Below are positions 19,240 to 29,532 of a DNA stretch of 58,831 nt, in pieces. The DNA comes from Acidimicrobiia bacterium (GTDB taxonomy: Bacteria; Actinomycetota; Acidimicrobiia; Spongiisociales; ZC4RG35). The position numbers were made by a program, and so were the translations under genes. The notes under the pieces were generated by a model. That model had not been told where the DNA came from. It made no database searches and saw only the letters and a program-made list of their open reading frames with translations. The stretch's first letter is position 1. Each line of letters opens with the position of its first letter. Location of the stretch: NCBI GenBank assembly GCA_026989215.1, contig JALSJV010000205.1, positions 1-58,831 on the forward strand, in the 5' to 3' direction.

Positions 19240-19842
19240 ATGGGCCGCCTGGGCCGTGCCGCCGTCCTCGCCGTCGCTCTGGCGACGCTGGCCGCCGCGT
19301 GCGTCCCCGCCGAGGCCGAGGCACCGCCTCCCGACCCGGAGATGGTGGCGGTGGCGGAGGGCCTCTGTCCCCTCATGTGGAGGTGGCAGCTCAACGTGGG
19401 CTCCGTCATGAACCAGATGTCGGATCAGGCCCTCTCCGAGACCGATCCCCGAATCCGACACCGGATCTACCTGGACGGGCTCGGCAGGGTTCGCCGGCTC
19501 AACGACCGGCTCGCCGACGACGTCATGGAGCTCCCCCGAGGCCCGTATGCGGGGTTCCTGGTGAGCGACGTCCTCGACGGGCTCGCCGCCGCCGACGTGG
19601 TGCTCGACGAGTTGGTCGCCTTCGTCGAGGCGACGGCGCCCCCCGACGTCGACGTCAGCCCCCACGACGTGATCCCGACCATCTTCCTCGACGTCGAGAA
19701 GGTGATCGACCTCCCGAAGCCGGAGCTCGCCGGATACCACGACGAGGAGCTCATCCGGGCATTCGTCACCGTCCCCCAATGCCAGTTCGGCGTGAAGGAC
19801 GCCAACGACGGGATCCCCCGCTACATCCCGATCGAGCGTTGA
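19240..19842 (+). CDS. hypothetical secreted/lipoprotein
   Basis: ATG 19240 within ORF 19216..19842. Signal-like MGRLGRAAVLAVALATLAAAC. No family recognised. Confidence 0.55.
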   Translation: MGRLGRAAVLAVALATLAAACVPAEAEAPPPDPEMVAVAEGLCPLMWRWQLNVGSVMNQMSDQALSETDPRIRHRIYLDGLGRVRRLNDRLADDVMELPRGPYAGFLVSDVLDGLAAADVVLDELVAFVEATAPPDVDVSPHDVIPTIFLDVEKVIDLPKPELAGYHDEELIRAFVTVPQCQFGVKDANDGIPRYIPIER

Positions 19843-19896
19843 GCCCGCCCACGTCGGCCGTCTCTGCCGAATCGAGGCGCCGAGGAGGCGCCGCGG

Positions 19897-20625
19897 TCAG
19901 TCGACCCGGGCAAGGGTGCCCAGGTAGAGCTCGATCACCTTCGGGTCGTTGAGCAGGTCCCGGCCCGTCCCCGTGTAGGCGTTCCTCCCCTGGTCGAGAA
20001 CGTACCCTCGGTCACAGATCTGGAGGCAGCGTCGGGCGTTCTGCTCGACCATGATGATCGAGACCCCGGCCCGGTTGATCCGCTTGGCGACGATGAACAC
20101 CTGGTCCTGAAGGGCCGGGGAGAGGCCCGCCGACGGCTCGTCCAACAGCAACACGAGGGGCTCCATCATCAGCGCCCGGCCCATGGCCAACATCTGCCGC
20201 TCGCCTCCCGACAGCGACCCCGCCCGCTGTTTGATCCGCTCCTTGAGCCGGGGGAACATCCCACACACGTAGTCCATGCGCTCCCCGGTCTTCTCCGGCT
20301 CCAGGTAGACGCCCATCTCCAGGTTCTCCTCGACGGTGAGGCTCGGGAAGACGTTGTTGATCTGCGGGACGTAGCCGATCCCCGCCGCCACGAGCTGATG
20401 GGCCTTCAGCCCGGTGATGTCCTCACCCTTGAAGGTCACGGTGCCCGAGCGGATGTCGAGCAGGCCGAAGAGCGCCTTGAGCAGCGTCGACTTGCCAGCC
20501 CCGTTGGGGCCGATGATCCCGATCAGCTCGCCGGGCTGCAGCTCCAGGTCGACTCCGTTGAGGATGTCCACCCCGGGCACATAGCCCGCGACCACGTTCC
20601 TGATCTCGATGAGGGGCTCGGTCAT
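19897..20625 (-). CDS. livF: branched-chain amino acid ABC transporter ATP-binding protein
   Basis: ORF 19897..20625. Walker A GPNGAGKST, signature LSGGERQ, Walker B LLLDEP. Confidence 0.9.
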   Translation of the reverse strand: MTEPLIEIRNVVAGYVPGVDILNGVDLELQPGELIGIIGPNGAGKSTLLKALFGLLDIRSGTVTFKGEDITGLKAHQLVAAGIGYVPQINNVFPSLTVEENLEMGVYLEPEKTGERMDYVCGMFPRLKERIKQRAGSLSGGERQMLAMGRALMMEPLVLLLDEPSAGLSPALQDQVFIVAKRINRAGVSIIMVEQNARRCLQICDRGYVLDQGRNAYTGTGRDLLNDPKVIELYLGTLARVD

Positions 20626-21545
20626 GGTTCCTCCCGTCGCGGCGGGACGTCACCCAGCTCGAGCCGGTCCTCCCGCAGCCACTCCTCCTCCTGGTCGGCG
20701 TCGAGGGGAGCGTCGTGATGGGCACCCAGGTAGGCGTCGATCACCGCCTGGTTCTGGCCGATCGAGCTGTGAGGACCTTCGGCGATGATCTGACCCTCCG
20801 CCATCACCACCACCCAGTCCGAGATGTCCCGCACGACGTCCATGTCGTGCTCGACGAACACGACGGTGGCGCCTTCTTCGGTGGGGAGCCGTTTGACGTG
20901 TTCGAGCAGCGACTGGGTGAGCGCCGGGTTCACCCCGGCCATCGGCTCGTCGAGCATGATCAGCTTCGGCTCCACCATGAGGGCCCGGGCCATCTCGAGC
21001 AGCTTCCGCTGGCCTCCCGACAGCGTCCCGGCGTACTCGTCGCGCATGTGGTCGAGCTGGAACCGCCGGAGGAGCTCCATCGCCCGCTCCTCGATCTCCC
21101 GCTCCTGTCGGCGCCACAGCGGCGTGACCAGCGACGGCAGGAACCGCTCCCCCAACTGGCCCTTGGCGCCCAGCTTCATGTTCTCGATCACGCTGAGCTT
21201 GGTGAGCGACTTGGTGAGCTGGAAGGTTCGCACCATGCCCAGCCCGGCGAGCTGGTAGGGCCGGTACCCGTCGATCTCCTTCCCGTCGAAGACGGCGTGG
21301 CCGGTGTCGGGCCGGTCGAAGCCGGTGAGGAGATTGAAGAACGTCGTCTTCCCCGCCCCGTTGGGCCCGATCAGGGCGGTGATGACGCCCCGCTGGATCT
21401 CCAGGTGGTCGACGTCGACGGCGACAAGCCCGCCGAAGGTCTTCCGCATCCCGTCGACGACGACGATCGGGTCCGGCTTCGGGGCACCGGGCTCGTGGGG
21501 GACGGCGGCGAGGACGTCGGCTCCGGTGGTGGTCTCAGCGGGCAT
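20622..21545 (-). CDS. livG: branched-chain amino acid ABC transporter ATP-binding protein (with N- and C-terminal extensions)
   Basis: ORF 20622..21545. GPNGAGKTT, LSGGQRK, IMLDEP. Overlaps livF by 4 nt. Confidence 0.9.
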   Translation of the reverse strand: MPAETTTGADVLAAVPHEPGAPKPDPIVVVDGMRKTFGGLVAVDVDHLEIQRGVITALIGPNGAGKTTFFNLLTGFDRPDTGHAVFDGKEIDGYRPYQLAGLGMVRTFQLTKSLTKLSVIENMKLGAKGQLGERFLPSLVTPLWRRQEREIEERAMELLRRFQLDHMRDEYAGTLSGGQRKLLEMARALMVEPKLIMLDEPMAGVNPALTQSLLEHVKRLPTEEGATVVFVEHDMDVVRDISDWVVVMAEGQIIAEGPHSSIGQNQAVIDAYLGAHHDAPLDADQEEEWLREDRLELGDVPPRREEP

Positions 21546-22539
21546 CGAGCGCCATCTCCTCCCTCGACCCGAAGATACCCTGAGGCCGGAACACCATGAG
21601 CAGCGCCAGGGCGATCCCGACGATCCAGAATTGGATCTGGTCGATCTGGCTCGTGTCCATGATCGACGTCGGGATCAACCCCTCGGTGACGAGGGCACGG
21701 CCGAGGTTCCGCATGAAGGTGATGAGCGCCCAGAAGATCACCGAACCGACCACCGGCGACCAGACCCGCCCGACCCCGCCCAGGATGAGCACCAGCCAGA
21801 AGAAGAAGGTGAGGGGGGCGACGAAGAAGTCGGGCTGAATGGTGGCGTTCCCGATCGCCAGCACCATGCCGGCCAGGCCGCCGATCACTCCGCCCAGGAT
21901 CAGCGCCTGCAGCTTGTACCAGTAGGCGTTCTTGCCGAGGGCCCGGGCGGCGTCCTCGTCCTCCCGGATCGCCTTCACGACCCGCCCCCAGGGGCTCCGC
22001 ATGAGCTGCCAGACCAGCAACAGCGTGATCAGGGTGACCACCCAGCCGATGACGATGGCGAAGAACTGGGACCCTCGGTACTGGAACGGCCCGATCCCGT
22101 ACAGCAGGCTGGGGTTGAAGGGGTTGAGCTCCCGAAAGGGCCCGATGAACTCGTTGAGGCCCTCGGCACCCCGGGTCACGTCCCGCAGGGCGGTGGACCG
22201 GGCGAGGAGGCGGACGATCTCGGCGGCGGCGATGGTGACGATCGCCAGGTAGTCGGCCCGGAGCCGCAGGGTCGGGATCCCGAGGAGCAGGGCGAAGACG
22301 ACGGCGAAACCGATCCCCATGAGCACGGCGACGAAGGGTCCGGTCTGCCACAGGGTGATCGCCAGGCCCATCCCGTAGGCTCCGACCGCCACGAAGCCGA
22401 CCTGGCCGAAGTTGAGCAGCCCCGCGTATCCGAAGTGGACGTTGAGGCCCACCGCGGCGAGGGCGTACACCGCCGCGTTGAGGTCGAGCGAACGGGCCAG
22501 AGTCTGGTTCAGGATGAATCCCCAGTCGATCCCGGTCAT
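21535..22539 (-). CDS. livM: branched-chain amino acid ABC transporter permease
   Basis: C-terminal 334 aa of ORF 21535..23916 from ATG 22539 (MTGIDWGFILNQ...). Polytopic LivM-like protein. Confidence 0.9.
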   Translation of the reverse strand: MTGIDWGFILNQTLARSLDLNAAVYALAAVGLNVHFGYAGLLNFGQVGFVAVGAYGMGLAITLWQTGPFVAVLMGIGFAVVFALLLGIPTLRLRADYLAIVTIAAAEIVRLLARSTALRDVTRGAEGLNEFIGPFRELNPFNPSLLYGIGPFQYRGSQFFAIVIGWVVTLITLLLVWQLMRSPWGRVVKAIREDEDAARALGKNAYWYKLQALILGGVIGGLAGMVLAIGNATIQPDFFVAPLTFFFWLVLILGGVGRVWSPVVGSVIFWALITFMRNLGRALVTEGLIPTSIMDTSQIDQIQFWIVGIALALLMVFRPQGIFGSREEMALDAR

Positions 22540-22547
22540 GACACCAC

Positions 22548-23942
22548 CTATCCGATCCGTTCCGCGCGCCCCAGGATGCCCTGGGGTCGAATGACGAGGG
22601 CGAGAATCAAGACGACGAGGGCGCCGACGTTCTTCAGCTCGGTGGGCACGAACAGCGTCGAGACCTGGATCCCGACTCCGACGAGGAGGCTGCCCACCAG
22701 CGCGCCGTAGGCCGTTCCCAGCCCTCCCAGCACGACGCCGGCGAAGATCAGCAGCAGGATGCGGAACCCGATGTTCCAGCTCACCTGCTCCGAGAGCCCG
22801 ATGAAGACACCGCCCAGCGCGGCGAGGGCCCCGCCCGCCGTCCAGACGAAGCGGATCACCCGCTGCACGTCGATACCCGACGACTCCGCCAGGTCGCGGT
22901 TGTCCGAGACGGCCCGCATCGCCTTGCCGAGTTGCGTCATCTGCAGGAACAGGCCCACCCCGACGAGGATCAGGATCGAGAGCACCCCCGTGATCAGGTC
23001 CTTGGGGGTGATCTCGACGAGGCCGAGCTGGAGCCCCGACTGGGCCGTGTAGTCCTTGAAGAACCGCGGCGTCCCTCGGAAGGCGAAGAGGAACATGTAC
23101 CGGATGACGATCGACATGCCGATCGTCACCACCATCTGGGCGATGAGGCTCGCCCCCATGCGACGCAGCGGGGCGAAGATCCACCGATCGAAGGCGTATC
23201 CGGTGGCGGCGCCGATCGCCGTGGCGATCACCGCCGCGAAGATCAGATTCATCCCGGCCCCGAAGGGAGCGGGCCATCCCGCCATGAAGCCGAAGGCGCC
23301 GGCCAGGCCGTAGAAATTGAAGAAGTAGGCCATCAGCATCCCCCAGGTGACCATCTCGCCGTGGGAGAAGTTGACGAGCCCCGTGGTGCCGAAGATGAGG
23401 GACAGACCGATGGCGGCCATCCCGAGGAACAGTCCCAGCTTGAGGCCTTCCACGGTGAGCTGGGCGACCCGACGCAGCGTGATCCCCCCTCCCTCGCCGA
23501 CCTGGACGGCGTCCCCGGCGACGAGGGCGAAGATGGCGCGGCCGGTCTGGCCCTCCAGCACCTCCACCTCGACCACGACCCGATCGGGGTTCCGCAGCGA
23601 CACCCCTTCGGGCAGGGTGGTGGGGTCGAGCTCGACCAGGTAGGTCCCGGCGGCGGGGACCGGGGTCTCGAAGACACCCTCGGCGTCGGTGGTCCCCTCT
23701 CCGAGCACCTCGCCGTCGGGGGTGGTGACGACGATCCGGACGTCGGGAACCGGGTTCCGTTCGCCGGTCTCGGGATCCTTCACCCGCAGGCGCGTGGCGA
23801 CGGCCTCGCCATCGGCGATCGCCTGGAGGGGAGCGAAGGTCACGAACGCCGTGACGACCAGCGCCACGACCGAGATCCATTGCGCGACGCGCCGCCTGTC
23901 GGCGACGGGGCGCCAACCCGACATGAGAAGATGCCGCCTCAC
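22548..23942 (-). CDS. livH: branched-chain amino acid ABC transporter permease with ~160-aa N-terminal extracytoplasmic beta-sandwich-like extension
   Basis: ORF 22548..23942. The C-terminal ~300 aa is LivH-like (GLSLIFGTTGLVNFSHGE). The N-terminus has a signal/TM segment followed by a VKDPETG...TTDAEGVFETPVPAGTY segment that looks like a carboxypeptidase-regulatory domain. The start could instead be Met7. Confidence 0.85.
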   Translation of the reverse strand: MRRHLLMSGWRPVADRRRVAQWISVVALVVTAFVTFAPLQAIADGEAVATRLRVKDPETGERNPVPDVRIVVTTPDGEVLGEGTTDAEGVFETPVPAAGTYLVELDPTTLPEGVSLRNPDRVVVEVEVLEGQTGRAIFALVAGDAVQVGEGGGITLRRVAQLTVEGLKLGLFLGMAAIGLSLIFGTTGLVNFSHGEMVTWGMLMAYFFNFYGLAGAFGFMAGWPAPFGAGMNLIFAAVIATAIGAATGYAFDRWIFAPLRRMGASLIAQMVVTIGMSIVIRYMFLFAFRGTPRFFKDYTAQSGLQLGLVEITPKDLITGVLSILILVGVGLFLQMTQLGKAMRAVSDNRDLAESSGIDVQRVIRFVWTAGGALAALGGVFIGLSEQVSWNIGFRILLLIFAGVVLGGLGTAYGALVGSLLVGVGIQVSTLFVPTELKNVGALVVLILALVIRPQGILGRAERIG

Positions 23943-24027
23943 GAGGCCGGTACCTTACTCCATGATTCCCGGGGGACGCCGCGGGAACGCCATCTTCTCT
24001 CGGCCTCCGGGAGACGGAGGGGTCATC

Positions 24028-24429
24028 TCAGGGCTCGTCGCCTGGGGCGGCACTCTCGATGACGGCCCGCAGGAGGTCTCGGATCGAGACGATTCCGAGG
24101 AGCTCGCCGTCCTCCATCACCGGGAGGTGCCGGTATCCGGATTCGAGGATCCAACGGGCGGCGTCGACGACGTCGGTCGACGGCGAGAAACTGTCCGGGT
24201 CACGTCCCATCCAGCGGGAGACGACCTCGGTCGTGGGGTCTCCACCGGCACCGATCGCCCGGACCAGATCCCGCTCCGTCACCACCCCGACCAGCCGACG
24301 CTTCTGGATGACGCCGAGGGAGCCGTGACCCGCCTCCGACATCGCCCGGGCGGCCTCGACGAGGGTGGTCTCCGGCCCGCAGATGTGCGGACGCCCCGAT
24401 ACCAGGTCGCCCAGGACGATCTTCGTCAT
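24028..24429 (-). CDS. CBS-pair domain protein
   Basis: C-terminal 133 aa of ORF 24028..25002 from ATG 24429 (MTKIVLGDLVS...). Two CBS repeats (GVVTERDLVRA, GIVSIRDLLRA). Confidence 0.8.
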   Translation of the reverse strand: MTKIVLGDLVSGRPHICGPETTLVEAARAMSEAGHGSLGVIQKRRLVGVVTERDLVRAIGAGGDPTTEVVSRWMGRDPDSFSPSTDVVDAARWILESGYRHLPVMEDGELLGIVSIRDLLRAVIESAAPGDEP

Positions 24430-24470
24430 GGGACCAATGTAGCCGTCCCCCACCGGCGGCCAGGGGGCGC

Positions 24471-25463
24471 TCAGATGAGGTCTTGCTCGCGGATCCCGAA
24501 GGAGGGGTGCCGGAGGCGGCACAGGGCCAGCTTCTCGAGCTGACGGATCCGCTCCCGGGTCAGGTTGAACTCTTCGCCGATCTCCTCGAGCGTGCGGGGG
24601 ACGCCGTCGTAGAACCCGTAGCGCAGCGCCAGGATCCGACCCTCCCGCTGGGGGAGGCGCTCGATCGAGCGGCGGAGGCTCTCGGCGACGTCCATCTCCT
24701 CGGTGAGGGTCACCGGGTCGGCGGCGTCCTCGTCCTCGATGAAGTCCCCGAGCTGAGCCCCGTCTTCGCCGACGGGCTGCTCGAGGGAGACGGTGTCGGC
24801 CACCCCGAGGGCCAGCTCCACCTTGTCGACGGTGACCCCCGCCTCCTCGGCGATCTCCTCGGGCTTGGGGTCGCGTCCCAGTTCGGCCTTGAGGCTCGCC
24901 TGGGCGGCGCGCACCGCCGCCAGGGTGTCGTGCAGGTGGACGGGGATCCGGACCGTGCGCGACTTGTCGGCGATGGCGCGGGTGATCGCCTGCCGGATCC
25001 ACCAGGTGGCGTAGGTCGAGAACTTGAAGCCCTTCCTCCAGTCGAACTTCTCGACCGCCCGGATCAGCCCGAGGTTCCCCTCCTGGATCAGATCGAGGAA
25101 GTCGATCCCGGAGGTGTTGGCGTACCGCCGAGCGTTGGCGACCACCAGCCGCAGGTTGGCGGTGAGGAAGGCGTCCTTCGCCTCGCGTCCCTTGCGGGCG
25201 AGACGGCGAAGCTCCATCTCTTCCTTCTTGTCCTCGTACTCGCCGGCCTCGAGGCGCGCGCTCGCCTCCTCACCCGCTTCGATCTGCTGGGCGAGCTCGA
25301 CTTCCTGCTCGGCGGTGAGCAGGTCGTATTCGCCGATCGCCGTGAGGTACTGGGAGACGAGGTCGGTCGTCAGCCGCCCGCGCTCGTCGGTCAGCTTGTT
25401 GTAGACCCGGTCCTTCCGGGCCTTCGTCTCGGTGCGCTCACGGCGCGTTCCGGTCGTAGCCAT
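24471..25463 (-). CDS. RpoD/SigA-family (group 1/2) sigma-70 factor lacking a long region 1.1
   Basis: ORF 24471..25496 from ATG 25463 (MATTGTRRE...), with GGAGGA upstream. Region 2.4 is [19 protein letters not shown] and the region 4.2 HTH is [20 protein letters not shown]. Confidence 0.95.
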   Translation of the reverse strand: MATTGTRRERTETKARKDRVYNKLTDERGRLTTDLVSQYLTAIGEYDLLTAEQEVELAQQIEAGEEASARLEAGEYEDKKEEMELRRLARKGREAKDAFLTANLRLVVANARRYANTSGIDFLDLIQEGNLGLIRAVEKFDWRKGFKFSTYATWWIRQAITRAIADKSRTVRIPVHLHDTLAAVRAAQASLKAELGRDPKPEEIAEEAGVTVDKVELALGVADTVSLEQPVGEDGAQLGDFIEDEDAADPVTLTEEMDVAESLRRSIERLPQREGRILALRYGFYDGVPRTLEEIGEEFNLTRERIRQLEKLALCRLRHPSFGIREQDLI

Positions 25464-25516
25464 GGGTTTCGAGTCCTCCAATGGGGGTGGGCGCACGGAG
25501 TGGGCTCCGGTGGGTC

Positions 25517-25545
25517 AATATGACACAGAATGGGGCGTTTGTGAA
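25517..25545 (-). promoter_or_regulatory. candidate sigma-70-type promoter of the sigma factor gene
   Basis: Minus strand reads TTCACA-17 nt-CATATT, about 50 nt upstream of the ATG, in a locally AT-richer stretch. Pattern match only. Confidence 0.35.
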
Positions 25546-25610
25546 CCCCCCTTTCTGGAGTTTCCGCCCGATCCCGGCCCCTGGCCGGCTCCCGGCGCTT
25601 TCCCCAGTGC

Positions 25611-25650
25611 CTTCCACAGAGTTATCCACAACAACCGATTCCTGTGGAAG
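25611..25650. promoter_or_regulatory. cluster of three DnaA-box-like sites
   Basis: CTTCCACAG (25611-19), TTATCCACA (25622-30, exact E. coli-type DnaA box) and the inverted CTGTGGAAG (25642-50). The outer two form a 9-nt inverted repeat. Confidence 0.4.
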
Positions 25651-25729
25651 ATTGTTCCCGCCGGAGAGCCCGATTCCCAGGGGCCGAAGCCCCTGGCAGG
25701 ACGGGAGCGTTGCGCGACAATCGGGATCG

Positions 25730-26254
25730 ATGACCAAGACGAACGGACGAAGCGGAGACCGCTGGATCGACCCGGAGAGCGACCCGGTGTCGGTCTACGA
25801 GCACTACGAACCCGACCTCGTCGCCCCCGAGGACGAGGAGACGGCCACGGGCGCCGACCCGGCGGCCGAGAGCGCCCTCGTCGAGTTCGTCGAGCGATTC
25901 AACGCCCGTGACGTCGAGGGGATCGAAGAGCTGCTCGCCCCCGACGCCGAGGCCGACCTCCTCTCCGCCCGCGGGCGGGAGGACCTCGTCGAGGGACTGC
26001 TGGAGCTGTGGGAGCGGTACCCGAGCCTTCTGCTCACCCGCGGCGAGGTCGGAGACGAACCCGTCGCGGCGGCCTGGATCGCCGACACGGAGCGATCCGA
26101 CTTCGACCTCCTCGGGATCCTCCGGTTCGAATGCGCCGACGGCCTGATCGACCGGTTCGAGCTGACCGAGACTCCCGCCGAGGCCGTTCTGGAACGCCCG
26201 GACCTCACCGAGCTCAACGAATGGGAGGACTGGCGGATCGTCGACGAGGGCTGA
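25730..26254 (+). CDS. acidic hypothetical protein, possibly NTF2/SnoaL-like fold
   Basis: ATG 25730 within ORF 25481..26254 (MTKTNGRSGDRWIDPE...). The segment LVEFVERFNARDVEGIEELLAPDAEADL resembles SnoaL-like domains. The antisense ORF is Ser/Arg junk. Confidence 0.6.
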   Translation: MTKTNGRSGDRWIDPESDPVSVYEHYEPDLVAPEDEETATGADPAAESALVEFVERFNARDVEGIEELLAPDAEADLLSARGREDLVEGLLELWERYPSLLLTRGEVGDEPVAAAWIADTERSDFDLLGILRFECADGLIDRFELTETPAEAVLERPDLTELNEWEDWRIVDEG

Positions 26255-26257
26255 GCC

Positions 26258-26695
26258 TCAGTCCGCCGGGTCCACCCCCAACGCCTCCAGCAACGCCCGG
26301 ACCCGACGTTCGATCTCGTCACGGATCACTCGGACCTCGTCGATCGGGCGTCCCGCCGGATCGGCCAGATCCCAGTCCACGTACCGTTTCCCCGGATAGA
26401 CGGGACAGGCGTCCCCACAGCCCATCGTCACGACGATGTCCGCCCGACGCACGGCGTCGTCGCTCCACCGCCGGGGACGCCGATCACCCATCTCGATCCC
26501 CACCTCGCGCATCACCTCGGCCGCGACCGGGTTCACCTCGTCGGCGGGGTCGCTCCCTCCACTCCAGACGTCGACCCGGTCCCCTGCCAGATGCCGGACG
26601 AAGGCCGCCGCCATCTGGGAGCGACCGGCGTTGTGGGTGCAGAGGAAGAGCACCCCGGGTCGGCTCCCTGGCGTCGCGTCGGGCGTGAGCTCCAT
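26258..26695 (-). CDS. arsC: LMW-PTP-type arsenate reductase
   Basis: C-terminal 145 aa of ORF 26258..28510 from ATG 26695. P-loop [14 protein letters not shown] (CX5R-S) and the downstream GCGDAC cysteine pair. Confidence 0.85.
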   Translation of the reverse strand: MELTPDATPGSRPGVLFLCTHNAGRSQMAAAFVRHLAGDRVDVWSGGSDPADEVNPVAAEVMREVGIEMGDRRPRRWSDDAVRRADIVVTMGCGDACPVYPGKRYVDWDLADPAGRPIDEVRVIRDEIERRVRALLEALGVDPAD

Positions 26696-26767
26696 GCCCC
26701 GATGGTGCTCCCCCCGGGACGAATCGGCAACCCGGTGCCTCCCGCTTCGGGTAGCGTCGGGGTGCAC

Positions 26768-28816
26768 ATGACCAACCGTCTGGCCCGGGCCACCTCCCCG
26801 TACCTCCTCCAGCACGCCGAGAACCCCGTCGACTGGTACGAATGGGGGGAGGATGCCTTCGCCGCCGCCCGAGATCGGGACGTGCCGATCCTCCTCTCCG
26901 TCGGATACAGCTCCTGCCACTGGTGCCACGTGATGGCCCACGAGTCCTTCGAAGATCCCGAGACGGCGGCGGAGATGAACCGCCTGTTCGTGAACGTGAA
27001 GGTCGACCGCGAGGAACGCCCCGACGTGGACGCCATCTACATGCAGGCGGTGCAGGCGATGACCGGCCGGGGCGGGTGGCCGATGACCGTCTGGCTCACC
27101 CCCGACGGCAGGCCCTTCTACGCCGGCACCTACTTCCCGAAGGTCGACCGCCACGGCATGCCCGCCTTCCGTCGGGTGATGGCCGCCGTCGCCGACGCCT
27201 GGCGCGACCGCCGGGACGACGTCCTCTCCCAGGCCGACCGGATCACCGAGGCGCTCCGCCAGACGCTGCCCTCCGCCGACGAGCTCCCACCCCCCGACCT
27301 CCTCCGCCGGGCCCTGACCATGCTGTCGGGATCCTTCGACCGAACCCACGGGGGGTTCGGAGGCGCCCCCAAATTCCCCCAGCAGCCCACCTTGGAATTC
27401 CTCCTGAGGGCGGCCGGCGAGCCGTGGGGGTCCGAAGCCGCGCAGATGCTCCGCCGCACCCTCCACGCCATGGACCGGGGCGGGATCCACGACCACGTCG
27501 GCGGCGGGTTCGCCCGCTACGCCGTCGACGACCGGTGGACGGTCCCCCATTTCGAGAAGATGCTGTACGACAATGCTCAGCTCGCCCGCCTGTACCTCTG
27601 GGCAGGGATCGAGCTGGACGAGCCTCGGTTCCTCGACGTGGCGCTCGACATCCTCGACTACCTGCGGCGAGATCTCCGCCACCCCGACGGCGGGTTCTAC
27701 TCGGCGGAGGACGCCGACTCCGAAGGGAAGGAAGGGAAGTTCTACGTGTGGACGGCGGAGGAGTTCGACCGGGTGGTGGGCTCGCCCCTCGCCGCCGCCA
27801 TGTTCGGCGTGACGGCCGGCGGGAATTTCGAGGGCTCCAACGTCCTGACGCTGGCGAAGACCCCCGAGGAGGTCGCCGCCGAACGGGGGATCTCCCCCGA
27901 GGAGGCCCGGGAGGTTCTCCGTCGAGCCCGCCGGGCCCTCTTCGATGCCCGGCAGCGACGGGTCAGACCGGGCCTCGACGACAAGATCCTCGCCTCCTGG
28001 AACGGACTCGCCATCCGGGCGTTCGCCGAGGCCGGGGCGGCCCTGGACCGTCCCGACCTCGTCGACGAGGCCCGCCAGGCCGCCCGATTCGTCCACACCA
28101 GGATGCGGGACGAGCGGGGGCGACTGCTCCACGTCTGGGCGAAGGGATCGGCCCGGATCCCCGCCTTCCTGGACGACCACGCGGCGATGGCGATGGGCAT
28201 GTTCGCCCTCTACCAGGCGACCGGAGAGCTCGAATGGTTCGAGGCGGCCTCGGAGCTGACCCGGGAGATCCCCGCCCGCTTCGCCGACCCCGAAGGCGGG
28301 TTCTTCACGACACCCGAAGACGGCGAGGCGCTCCTCACCCGCCCGAAGGACCAGATGGACAACCCCCTCCCCTCGGGTAACTCCCTCGCCGCCGAAGCCC
28401 TGCTCGTCCTCTCCGCCTACACCGGGGATGCCGAGCTCCGGGCTGCGGCCGAAGCCACGATCCGGGCGGGCGGGAGGCTCATGGCGCGCGCCCCGGCGGC
28501 GGCGGGCCACCTCCTGGCGGTGCTCACGTCACTGCATCGGGGGCTCCGAGAACTCGCCGTGGTCGGACCCGACGCCCCCTCCTTCGTCGAGGCGGTGTGG
28601 AGACGGTTCCGACCCCACGTGGTGACCGCCTGGAGTCTCGAACCCGATGACCGGATCCCCCTCCTCGCCGGACGGGGCGAACCCGGCCGCACCCTCGCCT
28701 ATGTGTGTGAAGGGTTCGTCTGCGACCTGCCCGTCGACTCCCCCGACGCCCTCGCCACGAGCCTCGATCAGGCGACCGGGGGCATGCCGACCAGTCCGGT
28801 CACGAACGACCCCTGA
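26768..28816 (+). CDS. thioredoxin-domain protein of the DUF255/YyaL family (N-terminal Trx fold + six-hairpin glycosidase-like domain)
   Basis: ATG 26768 within ORF 26591..28816 ([27 protein letters not shown]). Contains the SSCHWCHVM motif. Confidence 0.9.
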   Translation: MTNRLARATSPYLLQHAENPVDWYEWGEDAFAAARDRDVPILLSVGYSSCHWCHVMAHESFEDPETAAEMNRLFVNVKVDREERPDVDAIYMQAVQAMTGRGGWPMTVWLTPDGRPFYAGTYFPKVDRHGMPAFRRVMAAVADAWRDRRDDVLSQADRITEALRQTLPSADELPPPDLLRRALTMLSGSFDRTHGGFGGAPKFPQQPTLEFLLRAAGEPWGSEAAQMLRRTLHAMDRGGIHDHVGGGFARYAVDDRWTVPHFEKMLYDNAQLARLYLWAGIELDEPRFLDVALDILDYLRRDLRHPDGGFYSAEDADSEGKEGKFYVWTAEEFDRVVGSPLAAAMFGVTAGGNFEGSNVLTLAKTPEEVAAERGISPEEAREVLRRARRALFDARQRRVRPGLDDKILASWNGLAIRAFAEAGAALDRPDLVDEARQAARFVHTRMRDERGRLLHVWAKGSARIPAFLDDHAAMAMGMFALYQATGELEWFEAASELTREIPARFADPEGGFFTTPEDGEALLTRPKDQMDNPLPSGNSLAAEALLVLSAYTGDAELRAAAEATIRAGGRLMARAPAAAGHLLAVLTSLHRGLRELAVVGPDAPSFVEAVWRRFRPHVVTAWSLEPDDRIPLLAGRGEPGRTLAYVCEGFVCDLPVDSPDALATSLDQATGGMPTSPVTNDP

Positions 28817-29532
28817 TCGAAGGTGACGACGGGTTCGGGGATCGGCGGCAACTCGGGAGGGGAGACGCCGCCGCTGCGGTAGATCACGACCGTCATCCCG
28901 AGCTCGAGACGGTCGGCCAGCCAGTCCGCCTCCCACATCGGCACCCGGATGCACCCATGGGACGCGGGATGGGCGGGAACCGACGGCGATCCGTGGATGG
29001 CGTACCCGCCGTGGAAGTACCAGGGACGCCACAACGCGCCCAGATAGGAGCGCCGCATCCCGTCGATGTGCCGGTAGAACGAGAAGGTCCCCTCCGGGGT
29101 GCGGGCCCGAACCAGCGTACCGCTCCGTCCCCGGTAAAGCTTGCCGTTGGCGGAGCTGACCGGGAAGATCGCCACCTCGCCGTCTCGATACAGCACCATC
29201 ACCTGGCGGTCGAGATCCACTTCCACTCGATCCTCCTCCGAGGGGGGAGGCGGCTCGAAGGTGTCCAGGTACCGCCAGTCGTCCTGGGTCCACTCGAAGG
29301 TTCGTTCCAACCCGAGGTACTTGTGGAACGCCATCACCGCCTGGGCGGTCTCCACCCCGTAGACCCCGTCGAGGGAACCCCGGTAGAACCCCTCCTCGGC
29401 CAGGCGGATCTGCAGATGCAGCACCATCGACCCACGGTCGCCGCGGATCAGTTCACCGCCGGCGAGGGCCGGCGCTGCGCCGAACGACGCGAACACCGCG
29501 ATCGCTACCACCGAGACGACGATCCGTCGCAT
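28768..29532 (-). CDS. L,D-transpeptidase with peptidoglycan-binding domain
   Basis: ATG 29532 within ORF 28768..29703. Signal peptide, PG_binding_1-like domain ([20 protein letters not shown]) and the YkuD catalytic motif ASHGCIRV. Confidence 0.85.
   Translation of the reverse strand: MRRIVVSVVAIAVFASFGAAPALAGGELIRGDRGSMVLHLQIRLAEEGFYRGSLDGVYGVETAQAVMAFHKYLGLERTFEWTQDDWRYLDTFEPPPPSEEDRVEVDLDRQVMVLYRDGEVAIFPVSSANGKLYRGRSGTLVRARTPEGTFSFYRHIDGMRRSYLGALWRPWYFHGGYAIHGSPSVPAHPASHGCIRVPMWEADWLADRLELGMTVVIYRSGGVSPPELPPIPEPVVTFDQGSFVTGLVGMPPVA

Noticed and set aside
25611-25650. Chromosomal replication origin (oriC)
   Set aside because: There are only three boxes, no adjacent AT-rich unwinding element and no dnaA/dnaN/rpmH context. 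It is more consistent with a transcriptional regulatory site.
25804-26322. 172-aa minus-strand ORF overlapping the acidic hypothetical protein
   Set aside because: The translation is Ser/Arg-rich with no hydrophobic core. The plus-strand frame has coding-like composition and a sensible start.
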